Origin: Takakia lepidozioides | Lineage: Eukaryota; Plantae; Bryophyta | NCBI GenBank assembly: GCA_030704615.1 | Contig: CM060734.1 | Coordinates: forward strand, 18,600,001-18,664,000 | Length of the DNA stretch: 64,000 nt | Reading direction: 5' to 3' | Notes under the pieces: model-generated | Told to the model about the DNA's origin: nothing | Databases searched by the model: none | Seen by the model: only the letters and a program-made list of their open reading frames with translations | Translations under genes and position numbers: made by a program | In this document: positions 38,561-50,807 of the stretch, one piece after another | How the letters are laid out: every line of letters begins with the position of its first letter | How positions within the stretch are numbered: the first letter of the stretch is position 1

Positions 38561-39689
38561 GTAAACGGGATTCGGAGTGTGGAAGCAAAAATTTGGGAGT
38601 GACGCAAGAAATCGACAGGGAAAACAAAATGCACTACAAGCTCGTGCAACAGTGCTGCAAGAAAAAAGACAGTATGTACAGTGAAACCCTAAAGCAAAAA
38701 CGAGGAAGGATTTCAACCTCCCCGCCACCGCGCCAATGCCATACAAACTACCAGAGAATCTGAAGAGAAGGCCAATAACTGCAAGGACAGCAGGAAAGGA
38801 TAACAATAAAATCTCTGAATGCGCACACTCGGAAGGCTGCTTCGTTTAACCCGGGAAAGGTGTGCAGCAGAAACATGGGGGACAGGAGAGCAACTACTTA
38901 CGGTGGTGACACCAACCTGTGAAATCCTTTCCATGGAGGGAACGTCTCACTTGTTTCTCCAGATTCTCCTCCACAGACTGAGGGCATGGTCGATATGAAG
39001 AATACAGAACCGTTCAAGCGACATGAATAGTGCCACAAAACGAGTGGATGTGAATAGTGAAGAGTGAAGCAAAACGTCTCGCATGCGAAGCATCCCCTTC
39101 CGCATGACTGCACGCACTTGTCAACCCCATGGGAAAGTCCCAGGGACAACTGAATGTCTATGCTATGATTGCGCTCTAGGACGGTGCGTAGGTGCGTCTA
39201 TGAAGAGGCATTCATGGGGCATGCATGATGGATGTCTACAGCACTGTAATACAGATCGGGGATGTATGATGGTGAGAATGTATGACGGTGTTTTCGCGAG
39301 CAATAGACCCGGCGTGGGGGCGGGGGGTGGAGGGATTGGGGGGCAACAGGCGCAGCGGCACCGCGAGGGGGGTGCGAGGCGGAGGGTGAGGGTGGGGCCA
39401 CGCAGGCAGGCCCGCTGAGGGAGCATTGAACTCCCATGCCTCTTTTATCACTTGCCAGACTCAAACACACAGACATGCATGGCAATAGGAACTTGTGTGG
39501 ACTTGTTTGAAAGACCAGCCTTTTCTTAGTTAGAAAAATGGTTGCATAACCAATTGTCATTCAACATACTTTTCTTGGCAGTTACAAAAATCACCCAGTG
39601 GTATAATCATGTGCAATTCTATCCAAAGTTGGTCACAAATACTGATAGGTCGGTCTCAAGAGACAAGGATCAAATCACAAATAACCTGA

Positions 39690-41841
39690 CTAATCAACCT
39701 CCTCAATTGTTGGGCCCGCTCCAGCACCTCCTGAAGGTCCATTTTCAGCACCTCCATAGGAATGAATGTCAGGACCACCTGCACCGCCTTGATACATGCG
39801 AGCAATAATAGGGTTGCAAATTTGTTCGAGCTCTTTCATCTTGTCGTCAAGTTCATCAGCCTCAGCCAGTTGGTTGTGATCAAGCCATTGAACAGCCTGA
39901 TCTACAGCATCTTCTATCTTCTTCCTGTCAGCAGGGTCAAGTTTGGCTGCGATCTTATCGTCCTTGATGGAGTTGCGCATGTTGTAGGCATAGTTTTCCA
40001 GAGCATTTTTAGACTCGATCTTCTTCTTGTGCTCCTCATCTTCTGTCTTGTATTTCTCAGCATCTTGCACCATCTTCTCAATTTCGTCCTTGCTCAACCT
40101 GCCCTTGTCGTTGGTGATGGTAATCTTGTTTTTCTGTCCGGTGGTCTTGTCCTCAGCTGACACATTGAGGATGCCATTGGCGTCAATATCGAAGCACACA
40201 GTGATTTGAGGAACACCTCTGGGCGCAGGGGGGATACCAGACAGCTCGAACTTCCCTAACAAATTGTTGTCTCGCGTCCTAGATCTCTCTCCTTCGTAAA
40301 CTTGGATCAAAACACCAGGTTGATTGTCTGAGTACGTAGAGAAGACCTGCTCCTTCTTGGTGGGGACGGTAGTATTCCTGGGAATCAGAACAGTCATTAC
40401 TCCTCCTGCCGTCTCCAACCCCAACGAGAGAGGGGCCACATCCAACAAAAGCAGGTCCTGCACCTTCTCACTGCCCTCACCACTAAGGATCGCGGCCTGT
40501 ACTGCAGCACCATAGGCAACCGCCTCATCGGGATTGATGATCTTGCATAGCTCCTTCCCGTTGAAAAAATCTTGCAGAAGCTGTTGTACCTTGGGAATGC
40601 GAGTAGAACCCCCAACCAGAACAACATCATGGATACTACCTTTGTCGATCTTGGCATCCCTCAGACACTCCTCCACAGGTTCCATACACTTCCTGAACAT
40701 GTCCATGTTCAGCTCCTCGAATCTGGCCCTGGTTATCGTCGAGTAGAAGTCGATGCCTTCGTACAACGAATCAATCTCTATTGTGGTCTGAGCAGTGGAA
40801 GAAAGCGTCCTCTTCGCTCTCTCACAGGAGGTTCTTAATCTTCTAAGAGCTCTGGCATTTCCAGAAATGTCCTTCTTGTACTTCCTCTTGAACTCCAAAA
40901 CAAAGTGATTCACCATGCGGTTGTCGAAGTCCTCCCCTCCCAAGTGCGTATCTCCAGCAGTCGCCTTGACCTCAAATATACCCTCCTCAATTGTGAGAAT
41001 AGAGACATCAAAAGTACCACCTCCCAGATCAAAGATCAACACGTTCTTCTCCCCAACGCTGGTCGCCTTCTTGTCCAGGCCATAAGCAATGGCGGCAGCC
41101 GTGGGCTCGTTGATTATTCTCATCACATTCAGCCCAGATATGGCCCCGGCATCCTTTGTGGCCTGTCTTTGGGAATCGTTGAAGTAAGCAGGAACTGTCA
41201 CAACGGCGTTCTTCACAGTGGTGCCCAAGAAAGCCTCAGCTATCTCCTTCATTTTAATCAAAACCATAGACGAAATTTCTTCCGCAGCAAACTGCTTATC
41301 CTCTCCCTTGTAGGTAACTGTGATCATTGGCTTTTCAGCTGGTCCAGCGGTCACCTTGAATGGCCAAAGCTTAATATCACTCTGAACAGAAGGGTCTGAA
41401 TACCGCCTTCCTATCAAACGCTTGGCATCTGCAAGAGAGTACAAGATTACTTCAGTACGCACATCACTTTCTGACCAACCAACGCAGATTAAAGGTTCTC
41501 GATGACCACAACAGTTGTTCCTCTACATCGCGAATGATTGAAACAAGAGAAACAATTTAAAAAACAGTAGCAGGAAAATCTGAGAACTCTTGGGAAGAGA
41601 ACCAGAAAACTTCATCGATGCACTTACCGAAAACCGTGTTAGTGGGGTTCATGGCCACTTGATTCTTAGCAGCATCTCCGATGAGACGCTCGGTGTCCGT
41701 AAAAGCGACATAGGATGGTGTAGTTCTGTTCCCCTGATCGTTTGCAATGATCTCCACACGGTCATGTTGCCACACTCCAACGCACGAGTAAGTCGTTCCC
41801 AAATCGATACCGATGGCAGGCCCTTCACTCTTGGCAGCCAT
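39690..41841 (-). CDS. HSP70: Cytosolic HSP70/HSC70, 650 aa; exons 41628-41841 and 39690-41428
   Basis: [34 protein letters not shown] and C-terminal GPTIEEVD. Single intron after nt 214, the canonical position in plant cytosolic HSP70. Confidence 0.98.
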
Positions 41842-42060
41842 ATCCACAAGCACTCACTAGATCAACCTCTCTCAAAACCGAAAACAACCAACAAATCTGT
41901 AACACTCAACTCGGATCCCACAAAATATCGGACTATCTCACAACCGCCCAATCAGGCAATGCACTATACTCACAGACGAGCTCAACAATCGCAGCAATCG
42001 CAGAGACTTGAAGGCAGAATGAAGGAGAGGCAGATCGTAACCACCTTTGAAGTCCTGCGG

Positions 42061-42444
42061 GGAAGACTCTGAAAACTACCCGTTGCCTGAACTACTCTCT
42101 TCTGGACTCTTCCACACCCAAGGCATCCAACGTTCCACCTCTCTCCACCCGCATCTAGACCGTTCGAATTCTGGCCGAGCATTTTTAATTTAATTATACA
42201 CACATTCAGTTAAGCTGATTGGATGAAACAGAGTATGATCCAATTACTTATGACCGTTCAATCGTCTACTACACCGAACAACTACTCACCGTTGTGGTTG
42301 ACAAGATGGATGGTTCAGATAATTCCGTTATTTCGAGGTTACTTACTTTCTGATTGACAATTACGCATCTGCACGTGCCAAACCCGCCTACGCCACCTGT
42401 TGCACCACGTGGCAGCGCCGCCAGCTAATCTGGCCTATAGCCCA
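42061..42444. promoter_or_regulatory. HSP70 upstream region with an imperfect HSE, two G-boxes and a site II motif
   Basis: TTCtgGACtcTTC at 42100-42112; CACGTG at 42372 and 42406; AGCCCA (site II, reverse) at 42439-42444. These are motif matches only. Confidence 0.45.
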
Positions 42445-43454
42445 TAACCCTGGCCGAAACCGAGTTATGGATGATCTTGGGATGAAGTTTGGATGTATGA
42501 GCTCGTAGATGTGGTCTATACCGGTGTTGGCCGGTTATAAGAATTTTCCATATCCGGCAGTTCAGGTTACTTCAATATTTTTGGGATGGACACACTCCAT
42601 GGTTATGTATAAGGGTTTTTTTTTTTTTTTTAGTATATCCACCGGTTATCTATTTTACAAAATTCTTCAAATTTTGACGGTTATGAATATGACGGTTAGG
42701 GTGTCCTAAAATTGGCGGATATATATGCCATTGGCGGTTATATATAATATATTGAATAGGGTATTTCTCAATTCACACATGACATCCCTAGGGGCTCCGG
42801 GTGCAGCAGTTGTGTGTGCATGACGTCCTATAACTGCGTCCACCAGCCTCGGGAAAGGCCATGGGTATGTGGCGTCGGAGTCAGCCACATCGGCATCAGA
42901 ACAGGAAGATCTGAACTTTAAAATCATGAAGTCAGACGCACGGAAGGTGGCGGAAACTGTACTCAGGGAGGAAGAGGATACCCATCCCAAGGAGAAGGAG
43001 GTAGCATTTGCAGAGACCGAATCTCCGGCAGTCCGGCCAACCATTTCTCGGCCACTTTTGACATCCAGAACAAAGAGTCCGGCCAATCGACCAGTAGCAC
43101 AAGAAAGGCGACGGTGTGTCATAAATGCGGGACCGCTGGACACCTAGCAACAGAATGCCATATGAAAGACAAATACTTAGCTGCTTCTGCAGGCCAGTCT
43201 ATGTAATTACTCCTACCTACAGTCTGTCCTAGTCGATAGACTTGAAAGTGCTCTCAAGTCCACCGGCTCCTTGGCCTGTCTACCACCCGGATACACCTGC
43301 CCGCGTGACTTGAAGAGAGCCATGGTTATAAGCCTGCCTGCCATGGTCTTCGCCAACACCCTTTTACTAAGTTCCATTGATTTCAATTAGGATTGATAAA
43401 TTTTTGACCAGGGATCAGCGATGCGGTGTCTATTATAACCAATTCATCCACAGC

Positions 43455-43712
43455 TCGAGGTTGGTTTCCCTTCGATTTGTTCGAATTGTCTTCATGCCAT
43501 CTACTACAAGTTTTCTCGGCCCTTCCACAAAAACTTGGACCTGCACAACAGGCATCTTGAATGGAGAAAACCAAAGGGCCTGAAATCATCTCAATGGCAA
43601 CCAGCAGCAAAACTGATTGCTGCCCAAACCCAACTTCCATGAAGTATGTCGGAGTTATGTACGACCCGAAGGGCTTCAACTGTTGCACTCACAAATTCTG
43701 GGGTCACCTTTC
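43455..43712 (-). pseudogene. Captured two-exon fragment of an unidentified host gene (mirror copy at ~53128-53390, +)
   Basis: KVTPEFVSATVEALRVVHNSDILHGSW|GT..~89 nt..AG|VQVFVEGPRKLVVDGMKTIR joins in frame across a canonical intron. Confidence 0.45.
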
Positions 43713-43822
43713 CTGGCCTAAACCATGCAGCATTCTAGTAGGGTGTTAATCTATTACTTTGCTTGTTCAACCAAAGCATGAAAAAAATCTGTCAAAAATT
43801 GCATAGATTGCAGCAGGACCTA

Positions 43823-43894
43823 CATGTTCACACAGTAGTCGTCGTCAATCTTCGCTTTGAAGGCCTTTGCTGACTTTGCTGAAAGCTTTTCATG
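43823..43894 (-). pseudogene. Captured fragment of a transmembrane-9 superfamily (TM9SF/EMP70) exon (mirror copy at ~52946-53017, +)
   Basis: KLSAKSAKAFKAKIDDDYCVNM followed by a GT donor resembles the recalled plant TMN motif AKAFKEKIDDEYRVNM. Confidence 0.7.
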
Positions 43895-44199
43895 GACTGT
43901 ATCGTACACATGCTCGCTCTAGTCATCCCCGGTCTTAGACCCCAAGGCTGCATTGATACCTCCCTGCAGCACTTAACCTTCTCTAATCAACCCCTGTAAA
44001 CAATGCCTCGCTTCAACCTGAACTCAATTGATTGAATGCAGGGACCTCCATATAAGATGCTAATGATCAACCAAACCTATGTCAATAGCATTACCTGTGC
44101 AGCAACTGTGAGTGACCTAGTAGCAAATAGCTTGGTGATACAAGCATTTTTATATCCGGACAATGACAACCCAATGGCTGCTTTCAGCCTTGCCCCTCC
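43895..44199 (-). pseudogene. SDH1: Captured, decayed two-exon fragment of succinate dehydrogenase flavoprotein subunit (exons 44095-44199 and 43895-43963; only the second survives in the right arm, 52877-52945)
   Basis: [35 protein letters not shown]|[22 protein letters not shown] versus SdhA GGAGLRAAIGLS...[25 protein letters not shown]...DDW.WH.YDTV. 131-bp GT-AG intron. Confidence 0.9.
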
Positions 44200-44749
44200 C
44201 AGAATTGGGTATAACGCAAAGTGAGGTTAACCTTTACAGCAACCAGCCATAACCACCAAACACAGTATTATACACCTACTGGAGTAGAAAGATATTGGAG
44301 ACATGTAACAAACAATTGAGCACGGTATGTGCACTAACAAGAGAACTTTGGTTCAAGCCAGATATGAGACCTTCACATCAAAGCTATGGTGGTCGCTGAA
44401 TTCCAAGCGCTCCACATGCAATGCACCTGCCTGCAACCCACACGCATTCATATCAAACCAGCCCAGCTGTGTGAACATAACATAGAGCAAAGGCACCTTT
44501 CCCTAAACATGCAGAGGCACCTTTCACAACTAAGGAAATAGAACAAATTGTTCATAGGACAATCCTTTCAATTTCTCTCTCTTTCCCTCACTGCACATAC
44601 ATAGAATGGGCTCTTTTACAAAAGGAAATACTGCAATCTTCCGACATTTCTTCAAACACATCCAATCAACAAGTGCATGCCAACTAGACAAATGATGCAC
44701 TTCCCAGATCAAACAGAACAATTCGCCCCCAAAAGATCAAATGTTTGAC

Positions 44750-46359
44750 CTTGAAGATGTTGATGAGCCGGGGGATTTTGATTTTCTTAAAGACCGATTC
44801 GCCTTCCTTTTCACCTGATGTGGCAAGAACCACTAGCACCGGCAATACTCGTAAAAGGGCATGCCTTTCAGAGTAGAGTAGAACACGGTCTGACTCAAGT
44901 GACTCCAGGCAGAAAAGTATGAGGACTTGAATAATGTCCTCCACACTGTACAGTTTGAAAGATGGGTTAAGTTTCACCACTGGTTGGAGGGAGATGACAA
45001 ACAAAATCACTGGGTTCATGCCTATCAGTCCATTGTATGTAGATGACATTCCTCTTTCTTTTAACTCATTCCCACAACCGGCTGGAATCCCAATACCCGC
45101 GAAAGCATGTCAAAAGGTATGTACAAGCCATACACATTTGTTGTATTTGCTTCAAGCTAGGGCAAGGGCAGCAGTGTTGCATTCTTTCTAGTATGATATC
45201 AGTGCCACTGTATACATAACTCTCCATACCCTGTAGCTGGACTCTCCTCCCCCGAGCACAAGCACTATGGTGATGTTGGATGGACATATACCCTAGCGCA
45301 CTGAAACGCCACAACAACTCTGGAACCCCAAATGGACTCTGCCCTTTCACTCCCAGGGATGGTCAATTGAGAGTGTTGATATTGGCTTGCTTGGGCATTT
45401 CCACTTCTAAGCTAAGCGTTATTTCATTTCCAACTGGTAAGGAATAAGAAGTAAAAAAAGGATTTCCATTCACTCGAAATATTTCAGCCTGCAGGTTGAG
45501 TAGTATTGTCCATCTCGTGCTCAGGAAGATCTGCAGTGGAAAAATCCAACCAAGTGAACCCACCAACATGCTTCCATGTCAGCATGCATGTAAGAAAAAC
45601 AGAGTTGTCTTAAGATACAGATGAAGTAACAGGCTGCAGAAAAAACTTGTAATCCACATATACTGCCAAGTGTCCAACCTTGCCGCACATAACCCTGTGA
45701 TTAAACACTTCTTCACACCAGATTGATCTTGGGTTCAGATTGTGGAACCAGCAAACCATCAACCTCGGTGTCAATCTTTGCTAATCGACTGTGTTGGAGT
45801 GCCATTACAAAGTTTGCCCAGTCCTATCAGGTGCCTGACAATGACAAAGTGCTTACTCACAAATTCAAGTCTTTAGGAGGCGCTAAATCTGGCTATCATC
45901 ATTTGTGTGCCTCAAGTCTCTTACAACAAGCAGAGTCCAACCTCCTAAAGTGAGAATGTACTCATAAGACGGTGTTTGCCGTAGCCTTGTGGCCATAGAA
46001 CCCCAGCCCAGTTTGGGCAGAAAAAAGGGAGCAGACACTACTTTTGTGAGGGGCTCCCTCCGGAAGTATGACATACCTTGATAAAGACAATTAGTTCAAG
46101 TTTTCCTAGTATCCTCTAGAAAGCCCATCACACAAGCATCAACCTGTTGTCTGTGACCTGCCAGGCGATTAGACCCCAACAGGACCAAGCCTTTAGGCCC
46201 AACCTCAAGATTTTCAAAGTTGGTGAACAGAAGTGAGGGGGAACAATGTTGTCTGGGCTGAAAGAGAGAGGGAGGGAGAGAGAGTACACCTGGAGATCAT
46301 CAAGTTCTTTCCTCATCACATCAGTGTCAGGCCATTGTGCATTGACTTGAGTGAACGTT
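44750..46359 (-). pseudogene. PIR: Captured three-exon fragment of PIROGI/SRA1 (CYFIP; SCAR/WAVE complex), left-arm copy; exons 46290-46359, 45466-45530, 44750-44945
   Basis: RTFTQVNAQWPDTDVMRKELDDLQ|IFLSTRWTILLNLQAEIFRVNG|VEDIIQVLILFCLESLE...ERHALLRVLPVLVVLAT...RLINIFK matches the plant PIR121/SRA1 N-terminal region. Flanking exons are absent. Confidence 0.9.
45950..46250 (-). mobile_element. Old, diverged 3' stub of the RTE-X-like LINE inside the captured PIR intron (mirror copy at ~50920-51215, +)
   Basis: Terminal motif GGCCACAAGGCTACGGCAAACACCGTCTTATGAGTACATTCTC and upstream CACCAACTTTGAAA. Confidence 0.85.
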
Positions 46360-46961
46360 CTGTCACGAAGCCACCACACACATGAGCAGACATATATACT
46401 AGTATGCAGAATCTTTGGTTGTGTAACAACAACATCTAAGCAACAGATTGAAGATTTCAAGCTTGGATTGTATGTGTAGCTGAAACTTTTGCTAATCAAT
46501 ATATATACTACGATCTGTGCACCGCAAAATCTCTATAGCAACAATAAACATAATCCCTGCACCTATGTTCACCAACATTCCTAATTTCCAGGCTGACCCT
46601 AAAGTCCTGGCCCTGCCTAGGTCCATTACAGCCCAATCTAAGCTTTTCTTGAAGTCAACAACTTATGCAACCTCCTTACCTGCAACCCAACCCTATTACT
46701 TATAGGATTCCCTTCCATTAAATTGACAGCCACAACCCACCTGGGGTAGCCAAGACAAAGATGTATCGAGTAGCAATAAACCAACCTCTTGGTTCCGCAA
46801 TGACATAAATAGTCTCATGAGGCAATCAATTGAGAAAGACATAATTACGATGCACTTCAACTATTATAATTCATTGTCATCTCTACATGTTCTAATCTAC
46901 AATTGTCCAATGAAAGAGTAGCCTACAACGTGGCTACTATTACATTGACCATGGATAGACC

Positions 46962-47997
46962 TTAGTGATCTACATCTGTTTGCAATTCCTCAAACAAACC
47001 AGCCTCTTCTAAGATGACATAGTTGTCATCGGCTAGGGTTGCCTCGGCCTCCATGAAGTCCTTAAAATCGCAAGTGGACATACAATTTTGGCGAGGATCA
47101 GCTGACCAATTTTTGATCACCATAACCATTTGATCAAGATTCTCAACTTGCAAACGACATCGTTTGAGTGCTGTCAAAACCCCAGCAATGCTAAAAATTC
47201 TTTCAGTCTCAATTTGAGAACCTGGGATGCCAAGGATTTGTTTTGCTAAAAATCCAACATTTGGAAATTGGTTTTCATGGCTCTCCACCATGCTAGAGGA
47301 TCGGTGCACGCATTGGGCTGAATTGACAAGCGTCGGAACAAGTTCAATTTCCCTTTCACAAGCGCTTTTGAGGACTCCTCATTTGTCGCCTTTGAACCAA
47401 ACATCATGTTGTCTTCAACGACATCAACATGAGCCATCTCTGCCCCAGATGAGCCTTGTGCCATCGATGAAGTTGTTGCAGGGTTTAAGAATGCAAAACA
47501 AACCATTAATAAAGGATCAACAATGTTCACATCATACTGAGAGACTAATGCAATAGTAGAACCTCGACCAGCATACTCAATTACACACCTTAAATTCTTG
47601 AAGCGGGGATCTAACATGATAGCGAGCATATTGTGAGATTGCTTATTATCAAATAGCACAAGAAATCTGAGAAGCGGCTCAAGTACATAAATTACTTGTT
47701 GTCGCATCCTACTATGAAGAATAAGAAGCTCTGCCTCAAACACATCTGGAGGCTCAGTCTCATCCTCAACTCGAACAATCTCAGCTCGCATGTTCACACA
47801 CACAGTCATAGCCGTAGTGAGGGCGTCAGATAGGAGCCAATGTCCACGTGATTGATTCAACACACAAGCTGTTACCACTGGGTTCAGGATAGATGTAATT
47901 GCTTCTGTAATCGCCCAAACTTGAGGTTTTGGAACTCGTTGTTGCAAAGCAAGTGACACTTGCCGACCATAACATATAATGATCGCTTGCTTGAACT
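46962..47997 (-). pseudogene. Inverted copy of the 3' half of the hAT transposase
   Basis: MLDPRFK and LAKQILGIPGSQIETERIFSIAG (hAT C-terminal dimerisation domain); mirror of 49178-50205. Confidence 0.92.
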
Positions 47998-48003
47998 AAT
48001 CAA

Positions 48004-50205
48004 AACGCCTTATCTTTCAAGCTGGTTTTTGGAAACCGCATAATCGGTATAGCGTTTGTTGGGGATTCTTTGCTGTGAATGATAATCTCCCTATGGATGT
48101 TGCAAACCCTCAAATTTTGAGATGCATTGTTTGCAGATCTGACACAGCTTCTAGTAGCGTACTTGATCAGCGAAGTGCACTTAGGAAGGGACTAGTCAAG
48201 TATACCAAGAAGCATGGTATCACCGCTATGCACACACATATTCAAAATGTTCATCCCCATTTGTTGGCTATGAGGAAAAATCAACTCGTGGAGAAGAAAA
48301 GTGACGACACACGTTTGCCATCAAAGAAACAACCCGCACCTACTGGCGCTGCCATCACAGCTTTCTTTGGTTCGAGTAATCCTTACTCAAAACGTGATGA
48401 TGCACAAGTGAAGTTTCTTGAAGACCTCACCTTGTACGTGTGCAAATGTTACAGGCCAATCTCAACGGTAGAAAATATATGGCTCAAGAGGTTAATCTTA
48501 CGTCAGTGTCCTCAAGTCGTGTTTCCCTCTCATCACATGTTTGTCGAGGAAACATTACCTGGCATGGTACATAAGATTATGGACCAGTACGTGTTGCCTT
48601 CTCTTGCGAATGCTAGCACTGTATCTGCAAGTTTTGATTTGTGGATGAGCAGGGGTGGCGTGGATACATTTGCATTGGTTATAAATTTCTTGAGCGACAA
48701 ATGGGTTCCAGTACACTTAATAGTTGGACTGTTTGAGGTTTCAGATACACATGGAACTCCTATGGCAATCCAGCTTAAATCCATGCTTGATAAGTTTGGC
48801 CTCACCAAACGAGTAATTGCCTTTGTGAAGGATGAATGTGGCAATCTGGGAACCATGACAGCAGATCTCGAATCGATTGTCAATGTGAGCCATTGCAGAT
48901 TCAAAAAGTACACGAGGGTACTTGTTTTGGTCACGTTTTGTCCAAAGCAATCCAATATGCTACCGATGACAAAAAGGTATCAGCAAATCTGACAAGTGTC
49001 AGTATTAGTGATGCCCAAGCTACTTTGCAAAAGACCATAACGTGGACAAAAAAATCAGGCAAGGGGCAAAGGGAGTGGAAACAGACATGTATGGATATGC
49101 AGTTGAGGCCTCGCAAACTGAAAACTCCTGTAAAAAACGTTTTGCAAGCAAAGCGGTTATGTTTCAGGAAACTCTTGAGTTCAAGCAAGCGATCATTATA
49201 TGTTATGGTCGGCAAGTGTCACTTGCTTTGCAACAACGAGTTCCAAAACCTCAAGTTTGGGCGATTACAGAAGCAATTACATCTATCCTGAACCCAGTGG
49301 TAATAGCTTGTGTGTTGAATCAATCACGTGGACATTGGCTCCTATCTGACGCCCTCACTACGGCTATGACTGTGTGTGAACATGTGAGCTGAGATTGTTC
49401 GAGTTGAGAATGAGACTGAGCCTCCAGATGTGTTTGAGGCAGAGCTTCTTATTCTTCATAGTAGGTTGCGACAACAAGTAATTTATGTACTTGAGCCGTT
49501 TCTCAGATTTCTTGTGCTATTTGATAACAAGCAATCTCACAATATGCTCGCTATCATGTTAGATCCCCGCTTCAAGAATTTAAGGTGTGTAATTGAGTAT
49601 GCTGGTCGAGGTTCTACTATTGCATTAGTCTCTCAGTATGATGTGAACATTGTTGTTCCTTTATTAATGGTTTGTTTTGCATTCTTAAACCCTGCAACAA
49701 CTTCATCGATGGCACAAGGCTCATCTGGGGCAGAGATGGCTCATGTTGATGTCGATGAAGACAACATGCTGTTTGGTTCAAAGGCGACAAATGAGGAGTC
49801 CTCAAAAGCGCTTGTGAAAGGGAAATTGAACTTGTTCCGACGCTTGTCAATTCAGCCCAATGCGTGCACCGATCCTCTAGCATGGTGGAGAGCCATGAAA
49901 ACCAATTTCCAAATGTTGGATTTTTAGCAAAACAAATCCTTGGCATCCCAGGTTCTCAAATTGAGACTGAAAGAATTTTAGCATTGCTGGGGTTTTGACA
50001 GCACTCAAACGATGTCGTTTGCAAGTTGAGAATCTTGATCAAATGGTTATGGTGATCAAAAATTGGTCAGCTGATCCTCGCCAAAATTGTATGTTGCGAT
50101 TTTAAGGACTTCATGGAGGCCGAGGCAACCCTAGCCGATGACAACTATGTCATCTTAGAAGAGGCTGGTTTGTTTGAGGAATTGCAAACAGATGTAGATC
50201 ACTAA
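48004..50205 (+). pseudogene. hAT transposase (BED finger, DDE core, dimerisation domain), 5'-truncated and frameshifted
   Basis: FWKPH...CWGFF...CIVC...HTHIQNVH (BED), SFDLW, VKDECGN, CFGH, LDPRFK and SQIETERI. Several frameshifts; stop at 50203-50205. Confidence 0.92.
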
Positions 50206-50807
50206 GGTCTATCCATGGTCAATGTAATAGTAGCCACGTTGTAGGCTACTCTTTCATTGGACAATTGTAGATTAGAACATGTAGAGATGACAATGAATTA
50301 TAATAGTTGAAGTGCATCGTAATTATGTCTTTCTCAATTGATTGCCTCATGAGACTATTTATGTCATTGCGGAACCAAGAGGTTGGTTTATTGCTGCTCG
50401 ATACATCTTTGTCTTGGCTACCCCAGGTGGGTTGTGGCTGTCAATTTAATGGAAGGGAATCCTATAAGTAATAGGGTTGGGTTGCAGGTAAGGAGGTTGC
50501 ATAAGTTGTTGACTTCAAGAAAAGCTTAGATTGGGCTGTAATGGACCTGGGCAGGGCCAGGACTTTAGGGTCAGCCTGGAAATTAGGAATGTTGGTGAAC
50601 ATAGGTGCAGGGATTATGTTTATTGTTGCTATAGAGATTTTGCGGTGCACAGATCGTAGTATATATATTGATTAGCAAAAGTTTCAGCTACACATACAAT
50701 CCAAGCTTGAAATCTTCAATCTGTTGCTTAGATGTTGTTGTTACACAACCAAAGATTCTGCATACTAGTATATATGTCTGCTCATGTGTGTGGTGGCTTC
50801 GTGACAG

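Noticed and set aside
39762-41399. Long plus-strand ORFs antisense to HSP70
   Set aside because: Antisense open frames are a common by-product of HSP70 codon usage.
42869-43147. ORF MASESATSASEQEDLNFK... (mirror at 53675-53971) as a gene
   Set aside because: No ATG start, a stop differs between the arms and no family is recognised; at most another unassigned captured fragment.
48004-50205. Autonomous active hAT transposase
   Set aside because: The 5' end is truncated at the arm junction and there are several frameshifts.
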